A stretch of DNA of 64,000 bases, taken from Candidatus Helarchaeota archaeon (lineage in GTDB: Archaea > Asgardarchaeota > Lokiarchaeia > Helarchaeales > RDOG01). Each line of letters opens with the position of its first letter. Positions within the stretch are counted from its first letter, which is position 1. A model generated the notes under the pieces. The model was not told where the DNA came from. It ran no database searches and saw only the letters and a list, made by a program, of their open reading frames with translations. The translations under genes were made by a program, and so were the position numbers. The stretch spans positions 375,536 to 439,535 of the forward strand of contig JAHPZH010000001.1 of NCBI GenBank assembly GCA_019058315.1, read 5' to 3'. Positions 30,626-39,516 of this stretch are shown here, piece by piece.

Positions 30626-31018
30626 CTATTTAACTGTAGAGAAATAAGCGAGTCTCCCCTTTCTTTCTTTTTTAACATATCCAAGTCGAACTAATTCATT
30701 GAGATGAGCACTTTCTACTGCACGTTGCAACCCTGTTTTTTCGGCAACTTCATTTGCTGTAGCTTCTCCAAGTTCCATCAATGTAGTGGCAGTGTCTTGT
30801 AAGGGTTTTGAAAGCTTAAGCAATTCTGTTACATCTAAAGCTTTTAATTGTCCAACACTCGCCCCTGCTAAAAATTGGTCTAATTTATCAATAAAAATGT
30901 CAAATTTTGAATCAATTGATGCTAAAAGCAGCTTAATTTCCTTGAGCTCTTTTGAAAGCCCATCTTGATCTTGAATTATAATCACCAAAATTTTTATTTG
31001 TATAATTGTAGAACACAA
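30626..31018 (-). CDS. Winged-helix DNA-binding protein with N-terminal coiled coil (start uncertain)
   Basis: ATANEVAEKTGLQRAVESAHLNELVRLGYVKKERKG; 11 bp upstream of the ATPase. Confidence 0.8.
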   Translation of the reverse strand: MCSTIIQIKILVIIIQDQDGLSKELKEIKLLLASIDSKFDIFIDKLDQFLAGASVGQLKALDVTELLKLSKPLQDTATTLMELGEATANEVAEKTGLQRAVESAHLNELVRLGYVKKERKGRLAYFSTVK

Positions 31019-31115
31019 AGGTATATATATTTTGTTAAAATGAGGAAAAAATAGAATTAGTATAATATAACCTAAAACAAATTTAATATTCTTATAAATT
31101 AGTGTAGGAAAAAAA

Positions 31116-32252
31116 ATGATTATAGCTGTAGAACCATTCTTTTTTAAATTAATTGGAACACAAGAAAAACAAATTTCAAAGTTAATTCCAATAATAAAAG
31201 CGATACTAAAGAATTTGCCTACCGAGGATCTTGAAAGAAGAGTATTTTTAAGAAAATTTACTGGTGAAGGGGATCTAAAAGGAATTCTAGATTATGTTCC
31301 TAGTGATACTAAGATAATCGAATACAACAAATTAGATTTAGAAACTGAAGATTACAACGAAGATTTTATTATTGGTCCATTAAATATGGATGAATTACAA
31401 CATTTTTACAAAAAAATATTAAACAATAATGTTGCTATCTATCCATTCACTCACAATTTAATCAACAGCAAATTTTTTAGAAATATTATGTTTTATCCAC
31501 ACGTTCCGGAGATGGTATACGTCCCCGAATTCTCCTTATATCGCATTAAAAACTTTGATTTTAATAAATATTTTAAAGAAAGGAATGTGGAACGTGTTAT
31601 ATTAAAGGATGAATTTGGTTATCACTCAGGTCAAATTTTAAATTATAGAATCGTAAGCGTGGATAAGATCAATGAAGAATTGAAGATATTCAAAGAAAAA
31701 GTTCGATCAGTAGAGGATTTCGGAGGGATAATAGTTGAAGAATTCCTAGCTGGAATTGAAAGTGAGGTTTTCAAAAATCATATTTTTGGGGAAATAATTC
31801 CTAATGAAGTTTTAAATTATAAAATACGCTTGAAAGGATTAGAAGGAGTATTCAAAGCCTATACAAAAGATGAACCCCAATTACTTGATGAGGTAACTAA
31901 TTCAGTTGGAAATATTAGTAAAACTGATATGCAACTACTAAATCCATTTATAAAGCAGTATTTGCCCTATTCTTTTTCCTCAATTGATTTTATGTTTCGA
32001 GATGATAAACCTGTAGTCATTGATGTGAATAGTAAGGCAGGAAGTCTAGGAGAAGTCCAAGAAAAAATTAATTCAAATGAACATAATCCATTTGAATACT
32101 TTTTAAATAAATGTCAAAGATATTCTAAAAAGGAATATGAAGCACAAATGAAATATTTAGAAAAATTTAATACTGAAAATCTAAAAATCAGAACTTTAGA
32201 TGGAATTTTTACAGTCAAAGATAAAAAAATTGAGAATCTGATAGCTAACTAA
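31116..32252 (+). CDS. Divergent ATP-grasp fold protein
   Basis: VILKD..GYHSG, IIVEEFL, SIDFM, VIDVN. Confidence 0.65.
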   Translation: MIIAVEPFFFKLIGTQEKQISKLIPIIKAILKNLPTEDLERRVFLRKFTGEGDLKGILDYVPSDTKIIEYNKLDLETEDYNEDFIIGPLNMDELQHFYKKILNNNVAIYPFTHNLINSKFFRNIMFYPHVPEMVYVPEFSLYRIKNFDFNKYFKERNVERVILKDEFGYHSGQILNYRIVSVDKINEELKIFKEKVRSVEDFGGIIVEEFLAGIESEVFKNHIFGEIIPNEVLNYKIRLKGLEGVFKAYTKDEPQLLDEVTNSVGNISKTDMQLLNPFIKQYLPYSFSSIDFMFRDDKPVVIDVNSKAGSLGEVQEKINSNEHNPFEYFLNKCQRYSKKEYEAQMKYLEKFNTENLKIRTLDGIFTVKDKKIENLIAN

Positions 32253-32358
32253 GAAAGTAAAAATATATACGATTTATCCACATTCTTGTTCTATACTGCT
32301 ATATTCACAAAAAATCTGATAGGAATAAAAAAAAAAATTCAATATTTGAGGTTTTAAA

Positions 32359-32667
32359 TTGGGTAGAAAAAAGATATTTGAAGGGTTACTTGAAGGCACG
32401 ATATCTGGAGAGCCAATAACGAGAGTTGCAGGTGATCAACGTAGTACATCGAGCACGACTTATTTTTCTATGAGATTGAACGGAAAGATAGAGGGAATTC
32501 CAGAAGAATTCGTAGTGGTCGCCACTAGACGCCGATTCGCCTACGTGAGAAAGGGTGATGAAGTTGCCATTGAAGGGAATTTATTTAAACTGATAGAAAA
32601 CGATTTGGAATATTATGGGATGGAATTAGTAGCAATTTATAATAAGACGCTCAAAACTGGGACCTAG
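32359..32667 (+). CDS. Small OB-fold-like hypothetical protein
   Basis: GTISGEP...VRKGDEVAIEG; GAGG upstream of TTG. Confidence 0.55.
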   Translation: MGRKKIFEGLLEGTISGEPITRVAGDQRSTSSTTYFSMRLNGKIEGIPEEFVVVATRRRFAYVRKGDEVAIEGNLFKLIENDLEYYGMELVAIYNKTLKTGT

Positions 32668-33036
32668 AGTCTAAAGAATTTAAATAAGGGTGGCAATTTA
32701 AAGTAATTTAGATATCGCCCTTATACTTCCATTTTTCTCCAGTTCAAAAAAAGTAAATACGGTATTTTAAAGAAATAATCTTATCTAACAATCTTTAAAT
32801 AGTCGAAATATCTCCTGGTTACTTCTAATTTTAAAAAATTCATTGGTACAAAACAAAATCTTTATAAATTGACATTTTCCTCTACAATTTTTTTGTACAC
32901 ACATATTTTTTTTATGCAAAGATAGTAAATTTTTAAATTTTTATTCCTTGCAATAAAAAAATTGATATAAAGCCCTAACCAAAAAATTTATATGTATCCG
33001 AGTACAACAATAATACATAAAACAAAGTGATCAAAA

Positions 33037-33783
33037 ATGGATATAATTGAAGATAAAAATAAAAAAATCTTAGATTTAGCAGAAAGAAAGTATCTAGAAA
33101 ATAAAAGAATAGAAAATAGATCTCAGAATGTAAAATTATTATTATATGATCAACCTCAAGCAACAGAGTCAAAAGTTTATTATTCTCCCGAGTCCTTTTG
33201 TTACCAACAATGTACAGAGCTTTTAAATTCTTCAAATAACTCTGAAACTCAAGAAGGGAATATTATTTCTGATGTAACAAATACAAAGCCAAATCAAGCT
33301 GATAATCAACAATTTTGGAAAGGAAAGTTAGAATTATTACAAGTGGAAAAAGGGTACAAAATAAGATTTAGCTTTAGTAGTGAGTTTCTTTTCTACAATC
33401 CTGAAAATGGTCTCAAGGAAATTATAAAAAATTATATGAGCTTCTTAGATGATTCTTGGATAGAATTTACAAACAATGCTGCAAAAGAATTTCAATCAAA
33501 AAATTTTAAGGAAAATGATAACCGGAAAGAACCAGAAGACAAAATATGCGAAAATTGTCAGACTGTCAATAAACATAACTTTACATATTGCATTTATTGT
33601 GGTTTATCCCTCACGGGATGTTCTGTCTGTCTATCAAAAATTGAATCTAGTGAAGATATTCTTAAATGTCCATATTGTGAGGCTATAGCTCATAAAAGTC
33701 ATTTATTAGAATGGTTGAAGCTTAAAGGTGTATGTCCCGTTTGTAAATATCCATTAAAATGGAAAAATAATGAATTAACATGA
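33037..33783 (+). CDS. Zinc ribbon plus RING-like finger protein
   Basis: CENC...CIYC then CSVC...CPYC..AHKSHLLEW...CPVC. Confidence 0.8.
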   Translation: MDIIEDKNKKILDLAERKYLENKRIENRSQNVKLLLYDQPQATESKVYYSPESFCYQQCTELLNSSNNSETQEGNIISDVTNTKPNQADNQQFWKGKLELLQVEKGYKIRFSFSSEFLFYNPENGLKEIIKNYMSFLDDSWIEFTNNAAKEFQSKNFKENDNRKEPEDKICENCQTVNKHNFTYCIYCGLSLTGCSVCLSKIESSEDILKCPYCEAIAHKSHLLEWLKLKGVCPVCKYPLKWKNNELT

Positions 33784-33859
33784 TGTAGGGGATGGGGGAC
33801 CAATTTCTAAAATGAAAAAAATCATTAAAAAACTAGAAAATTTTAGTTAGGGGAAGTAG

Positions 33860-34450
33860 ATGAAGATACGTTCAGTTTCTAGACGCAGAATAATTAAAGA
33901 AATATTCGAAAGTTTAAATGATAATAAAAAAAAGCGGAAATTACCAAATTTAGTAAAGATTTTTATAGTAATTACAATAGCTTCAATCATTTTTGGGAGT
34001 ACCTTTGGAATCCTCGTTAGGAATAATATGAAAGTAAAAGAAGATATATTTAATTTTTTATTTCTTCTAGTAAGATTACCTGCTAACTTTAGATTCCAAG
34101 TAACTTCCAGTTCTGATTGGAGGGGGGCATTTGGAGAAGGGTGTGATTATTGTACTGAAATAAATAAACCAGCAGGTTCATATAATATAACAATTACAGG
34201 TGATAACGCATGGGGCTATTTTCATAAAAAATCTACAACTGGTTATATTGAAGTGGCCCTTTATGTAAATAATGAATTAGTTGACTATGAAATTACATAT
34301 TCATCAAATTATGAAATACATATGGATGAGGATAAACCCCTAACAATAATCGATATGTTAGTCTTATTTATTGCTATGGATACTGAAGGAAAATTGGGAA
34401 ATACTTTCAAGTGGGGGTGTTGGTTATATTATACAAAACCTCCATTATAA
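33860..34450 (+). CDS. N-terminally anchored membrane protein, hypothetical
   Basis: Basic N-terminus, one TM, beta-rich domain. Confidence 0.65.
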   Translation: MKIRSVSRRRIIKEIFESLNDNKKKRKLPNLVKIFIVITIASIIFGSTFGILVRNNMKVKEDIFNFLFLLVRLPANFRFQVTSSSDWRGAFGEGCDYCTEINKPAGSYNITITGDNAWGYFHKKSTTGYIEVALYVNNELVDYEITYSSNYEIHMDEDKPLTIIDMLVLFIAMDTEGKLGNTFKWGCWLYYTKPPL

Positions 34451-34764
34451 CTTTTTTAGTTATTAGAAAATAGGTTGTAGAAAGTATGAATAAATTTAAT
34501 GTTTTTCCATTAATATTAAGCGCAATTCTATTATCACTAGTTATAGATTTACATTTTCTATTTAAAAAGCATTTAAATAAATTTAAAATTTATCAAAAAA
34601 ATTACATGTTTTAATTAAAAAGGGTTTATAAGATCGCACAAAACTGTCCCTCCTCTATTTAAATATTTATAAACAATGATTTTAACAAAATTATTGAGGA
34701 ATTTTTGCATTCTTAACATAAAAATTCCGATTTAAAATGTTAGGGAATAAATTTAATAATAAAA

Positions 34765-37740
34765 ATGGGCGTTAAAATGCAAAAGATTAAAAGATACATA
34801 ATATTTTTAACATGTATACTATATTTTGGCACTACATTTTATTTTTCATTCTCAACAAACCAATCCCTTCTTAATACAAATTTATCTGATGAAGAAAATT
34901 TGAATTTAAACGAGCAAATATCACTCTCTTCTGAATCAAAATCAAAAAAATCAATTCTTATTGATTCTTTAATTCAAAAATACAATTTTATACCACCACA
35001 ATTTAATTACTCTAATATTTATGATTGGAAAAAAACAACATTCAAAGCAGATAGAGATTTTGATGGCTTGAATGATCAACTCGCAAAGAGATTAGAAGTA
35101 ATGTTAGAACCAAATATAGTTATTGATAGTAATGGAAATAATTTTTTATCTAAAGATGATATTATTGGCGGATTCTTTGGTAATGAGAAAAAGAATTCCG
35201 AACACTTGTCTTATAATCATGTTCCTGTTATTATTAATTTTCCTGATGGTGAAATAAATTCAATTTTTCCTCTTTTCGAATCTTTAGGTGGTGAAATTAA
35301 ATCAAAATATTCTACTTCTATTAATGGATTCGCAGGGACCATTAATTATAATGGATTAAATCTATTTTGTAATATATTGAATGATCAAGAAGTGCCTTTT
35401 ATTGTTGAAGAAGATAGTACAAGTTCACTACGAAATTACATTATGACTACTGGTGGATTTTATTGGATAGATGCTACATATGGATATCGCTGTAGTCTAA
35501 GTGGAGCTGACGATTCTGCTCAAACTTTAAGTCTACCTTTTACATTTCCCTTTTATGATAACTCATTTGATACTATCTATGTTTGCACAAATGGTTTTGT
35601 GAGTTTTACTCGTTATACTAATTATTACAATATTGCCTTTCCTACAACTTCTTATTACAATATGATTGCTCCATTTTGGGATGATTTAGTAGCTGCTAGT
35701 CCCTGTAATATATATTATCGATCCTTGTCAAATCCAAATCGATTTGTTATTGAATGGAAAGATATCTATAGTTATGGAGGATCCAGGGTGGGTACATTCG
35801 AAGTTATTTTGTATGAAACAGGAGATATAATATTCAGTTATGATTATTTAGATTATGTTAATACTTATACCTCTGGATTAAATTATGGGTATGATCTCGG
35901 TTATTATAATCAATATACTGGTTTATCTTCTTATACAAATGATTTTTCTATACATTTTGAATATGTAGGAGATTCTCCCCCAGAAGATCCACCAGATCCT
36001 GATGATCCTATCCCTGATCCCGTCCCTGATCCTGTCCCCAATTTAGACCCCGCAATACTTTCAAAGTTACCTCAATTTGGACCTAATTCATCTGCTTATT
36101 CTATAGCTGCTATATTTATAGTATTTCTAGTTATAATCGCGGGTGTAACAATCAGCAAAGTCTATAATAAAAGAGAAGTAATAGAACCTACTATTATAGA
36201 TCCTAGTATAAGGAAAGAGGATGTAGTATCTCATAAAAAAATGAGAAGTGTCAGAGATGAGAATACTAATTCATGGAGTCCAATAAAAAATGAAAATAGG
36301 AAGAGAGCTATAATTCTAAAAAAAGTTGGAAATCGATATAGAGCATCTAAAAATTATGAAAATGCTATTAATTCTTATGAAAGGGCACTTAAACTAAATC
36401 CAAATGATAAAGAGACTAAATTATTACTAATGCAATGCAAGACTGAATTAGTATCTATAAACAGATCCAAAGTAATTATTGCACCACCACCTAATGTTCT
36501 TATAACCCCTCCTCCTGAACAGATCCATAAAAATTGGTATAGTTTGGGCTTAAAATCTCTTAAAGAAGGAAGCTATGAGGATGCCATCCGCTATTTCAAA
36601 AAAGAAATCGAACTCAACCCAAGTTTTAGAGATGCTTGGAGTAAAATGGGTATAACTTATGGTAGATTAAAAAACTTTCAAAAAATGACAGAATGTTATA
36701 AGAAAGTAATTGAAATTGATCAAACAATTAAAGATTCTCCTGAATCAGAACCAATCACAACAAGTAAAGAAATATCTCGCCAATCTATTTTATTGACAGT
36801 GGAAGAACCAGAAAGAAGAAAAAAATCCGCTAAAGATTGTTATATTATGGGTTATGAATTCTCATTATTAAAGAATTATAATAAAGCCATTAATTATTTT
36901 AAAAGAGCTATCAAAATCGAACCTAAATTTAAAGAAGCATGGTTTGAATTAGGGAAGTGTTACTCAAAGACTGGCGTTATTGATAATGTTATTAAATGTA
37001 ACTTAAAATCAATTGTTATCAATCCAAAATTAATAAAAGCATGGGAATTTTTAGCTATTGCATATTTAACATCGGGTGATTATCAAAAAGCTATTAAATG
37101 TTATGAAAAAATAGTTGAAATTGATCCAAAATCAAAAAGGACTTTGAAAATTTTAGGATTATTCTATTATAACATTGAAAATTATCAAAAAGCAATTGAA
37201 TTCTATAAGAAAGTCCTAGATATTGAATTATATGACAAAAAAACTTGGATTAATCTAGTAAAGTGTTATAGCAAATTGGAAAATCACCAAAAAGTGATTG
37301 ATTGTTGTGAAGAAATTGTTAAGATGGATCCATTGGATAAAAAAGGATGGTATAACTTAGGTGTTGCTTATTCACACTTAAAAGATCATAATAAATCATT
37401 CGATTGTTTTATGAATGCTAACAAAATCGATCCTCTTGATGAAAAGATATTAAGAATTTTAAATTCATTAAGAAATAAAGAATCAAAAATTGAAGATAAT
37501 AAAAACCGTAAAAATGACCAGAAACATATAATTACTGAAGAAATGCTAGATGACGAAGCTGAAAAATGGTATAAGATGGGAAATCTATTTTTCCATCTTC
37601 AACATTATAAAAAAGCAATCGAATTTTATGTAAAAGTAGTTGCAAAATTCCCTCAGTTCAAAGATGCCTGGCATAAAATGGGTATTTCCTTTGGGAGATT
37701 AGGAAACTTACAAAAATTAATCGAATATTCAAAAAAGTAA
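34765..37740 (+). CDS. Single-pass protein: peptidase propeptide-like region, nidogen(NIDO)-like domain, Pro/Asp linker, TM, cytoplasmic TPR array
   Basis: LPFTFPFYDN...TNGFVSF...IAPFWDDL...TFEVILY; PDPDDPIPDPVPDPVP; TM; many TPR units (e.g. WYNLGVAY, AIKCYEKIVEIDP). Confidence 0.85.
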   Translation: MGVKMQKIKRYIIFLTCILYFGTTFYFSFSTNQSLLNTNLSDEENLNLNEQISLSSESKSKKSILIDSLIQKYNFIPPQFNYSNIYDWKKTTFKADRDFDGLNDQLAKRLEVMLEPNIVIDSNGNNFLSKDDIIGGFFGNEKKNSEHLSYNHVPVIINFPDGEINSIFPLFESLGGEIKSKYSTSINGFAGTINYNGLNLFCNILNDQEVPFIVEEDSTSSLRNYIMTTGGFYWIDATYGYRCSLSGADDSAQTLSLPFTFPFYDNSFDTIYVCTNGFVSFTRYTNYYNIAFPTTSYYNMIAPFWDDLVAASPCNIYYRSLSNPNRFVIEWKDIYSYGGSRVGTFEVILYETGDIIFSYDYLDYVNTYTSGLNYGYDLGYYNQYTGLSSYTNDFSIHFEYVGDSPPEDPPDPDDPIPDPVPDPVPNLDPAILSKLPQFGPNSSAYSIAAIFIVFLVIIAGVTISKVYNKREVIEPTIIDPSIRKEDVVSHKKMRSVRDENTNSWSPIKNENRKRAIILKKVGNRYRASKNYENAINSYERALKLNPNDKETKLLLMQCKTELVSINRSKVIIAPPPNVLITPPPEQIHKNWYSLGLKSLKEGSYEDAIRYFKKEIELNPSFRDAWSKMGITYGRLKNFQKMTECYKKVIEIDQTIKDSPESEPITTSKEISRQSILLTVEEPERRKKSAKDCYIMGYEFSLLKNYNKAINYFKRAIKIEPKFKEAWFELGKCYSKTGVIDNVIKCNLKSIVINPKLIKAWEFLAIAYLTSGDYQKAIKCYEKIVEIDPKSKRTLKILGLFYYNIENYQKAIEFYKKVLDIELYDKKTWINLVKCYSKLENHQKVIDCCEEIVKMDPLDKKGWYNLGVAYSHLKDHNKSFDCFMNANKIDPLDEKILRILNSLRNKESKIEDNKNRKNDQKHIITEEMLDDEAEKWYKMGNLFFHLQHYKKAIEFYVKVVAKFPQFKDAWHKMGISFGRLGNLQKLIEYSKK

Positions 37741-37778
37741 AACATATCGCTGATTAAAATAATTTATAAATTTTTTAT

Positions 37779-38699
37779 TTAATCTAAATTCTCTTTAACC
37801 GCTTTTAAAACCTTTTCAATAAATTCTGATGATAATTTATCATTTTCGTCTAATAAATTGGCATAAGAAAACCCCGATCTATCAAAATGACCTCCACCAC
37901 CAAATTCCTCTGCTATTTTTTTAGCATTTATATCATGACTTTTTATGCTTACTAACTGAAAACGAGGATTGACGCCAAATACAATATCTGCATCGAAATT
38001 TTTTAGTAAATAACGAGTTTGTTTGCCTGTAGCAAAAAATGGTGAAAAGGAAATAACAACTTTTACTCTATCTATTTTAAATTCTTTAGCTCTTTCTTCA
38101 AGCTTCTTATATTCAATTTTTTCTTCTTTTAAGTAAATATCATATTGTTCTTGAATCCATTTATGCTCAAATTCCCCCTTAGAAAGTAAAAATACAATTT
38201 TTTGAATATTTTCCTGATTTTTTTGGTTTATTTCTATTATTGCTTGTAAACGATCAGATTCAAAATTTTCTATTGTATTGTCCCTATAATGTGACAATAA
38301 TGCAATTTTTTTAGCAATTTCATCATCAGGAAGGAACATTTGTTGTGTTAATTCCGCAGCAACAGTTTTATCTGCTGCATGAATAAAATCATTTATATAT
38401 TTTTTTAACTCTGCCTTATCTGGTTCCGATATCAAGTGATGATCAATCCAACACACATTCTTTATTTTTCCTAGGAGCTCGTAAACTGTTCTATAGGATT
38501 CATTAAATCCAATATCTGTAATATACAAAATATCTGGATTTAAATCAATAATCTTTTTAATAAATTCATTAAATTCACTATAAAAAGTTTGAAAGCACAC
38601 AAGATCAGGGAATTTTCTTAATAATATTGCTTGTGCTCCAATACCGTCAACATCTTCGATATGTGTTAAACTAATTCTATGCTTTCTTGTTATATTCAA
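37779..38699 (-). CDS. DHH/DHHA1 family phosphoesterase
   Basis: HIEDVDG, ITD, WIDHH, GGGGH. Confidence 0.88.
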   Translation of the reverse strand: MNITRKHRISLTHIEDVDGIGAQAILLRKFPDLVCFQTFYSEFNEFIKKIIDLNPDILYITDIGFNESYRTVYELLGKIKNVCWIDHHLISEPDKAELKKYINDFIHAADKTVAAELTQQMFLPDDEIAKKIALLSHYRDNTIENFESDRLQAIIEINQKNQENIQKIVFLLSKGEFEHKWIQEQYDIYLKEEKIEYKKLEERAKEFKIDRVKVVISFSPFFATGKQTRYLLKNFDADIVFGVNPRFQLVSIKSHDINAKKIAEEFGGGGHFDRSGFSYANLLDENDKLSSEFIEKVLKAVKENLD

Positions 38700-38702
38700 A
38701 AT

Positions 38703-39497
38703 TTATAACCCTGTATAGTTTTTTTCTTCTATTATGTATTTCTTTGCAAATTTTTTAAATCGCATAGTACCTTGTCCCTCAATTAATATCTTTGTAACCT
38801 TATTCACATCAATAAATTTCATGCCCCCAATGATATCCACTCCGGCTTTAAATAAAGTGTCCGGAAGCATTCCTACTGTGGGCCCTATTATTGCCTTCCT
38901 TGAATTTTCAGCCAATTTGAGTATATCGTCAATAGTATTATTAATAAGTGTTGTACCGGTTATGATTGCAACATCTATATTCTCCAATACAGATGTGTCA
39001 GTTGTTATTTCTACCCCTTGAATGTTACTTATTTTTTCTGGATCGTTTTCAATAATTACCAAGTTCTTCACTTTTGAAACAATTTTTGGGATCATAGGTC
39101 TAAATAATCCTACCATCCCCACCTTATCGGTTTTTTGTAATTGCAATTTATCAAGTACATCATTTTTAAAATTAAATTTGAATGAATTTTCATCAAAGAT
39201 ATGCTGTGAATAAGCATTAATAGCGGAAATTCCTAAAACTCTGTCTATTATTCGATTTGATTCACAAAAATCTATTAATCTCGATAAAGAATAAGATGTT
39301 AAATCTCCCCATTTATTAGTTAAAAAGCAGTCTTTTGAGTAGAAATTAACTAAAGAATGACTAACACCAATTTGATCATTATCTAATCTAACACATGAAT
39401 AGATTAATCCAAGAATTACCTGTTTAACTTTAGGAGGATTAATGCTACTATATTTCTCCCTAATAAATTTAAGAAGTTCATTTAGAATTTTCGACAG
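38703..39497 (-). CDS. DUF364 family (putative heavy-metal chelation/Rossmann-like) protein, 264 aa from a CTG start
   Basis: ITGTTLINNT, IGPT; frame stays open 351 bp upstream of the track's start (GISAINAYSQ conserved) to CTG 39497, which follows AGAGGAG; in-frame TGA six codons upstream of the CTG. Confidence 0.8.
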   Translation of the reverse strand: MSKILNELLKFIREKYSSINPPKVKQVILGLIYSCVRLDNDQIGVSHSLVNFYSKDCFLTNKWGDLTSYSLSRLIDFCESNRIIDRVLGISAINAYSQHIFDENSFKFNFKNDVLDKLQLQKTDKVGMVGLFRPMIPKIVSKVKNLVIIENDPEKISNIQGVEITTDTSVLENIDVAIITGTTLINNTIDDILKLAENSRKAIIGPTVGMLPDTLFKAGVDIIGGMKFIDVNKVTKILIEGQGTMRFKKFAKKYIIEEKNYTGL

Positions 39498-39516
39498 TTT
39501 ATTCTCCTCTTTTCAT

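Noticed and set aside
32686-32725. Imperfect hairpin (taagggtgg...tcgccctta) considered as a SECIS element or ncRNA
   Set aside because: No selenoprotein candidate with an in-frame TGA nearby and no clear SECIS core
32975-33235. Hydrophobic 86-aa minus-strand ORF
   Set aside because: Antisense to the Lys/Asn-rich start of the RING gene
33781-33810. Possible TGA read-through after the RING gene (also checked for lipA and E2)
   Set aside because: The proteins are already complete and the extensions are short or uninformative
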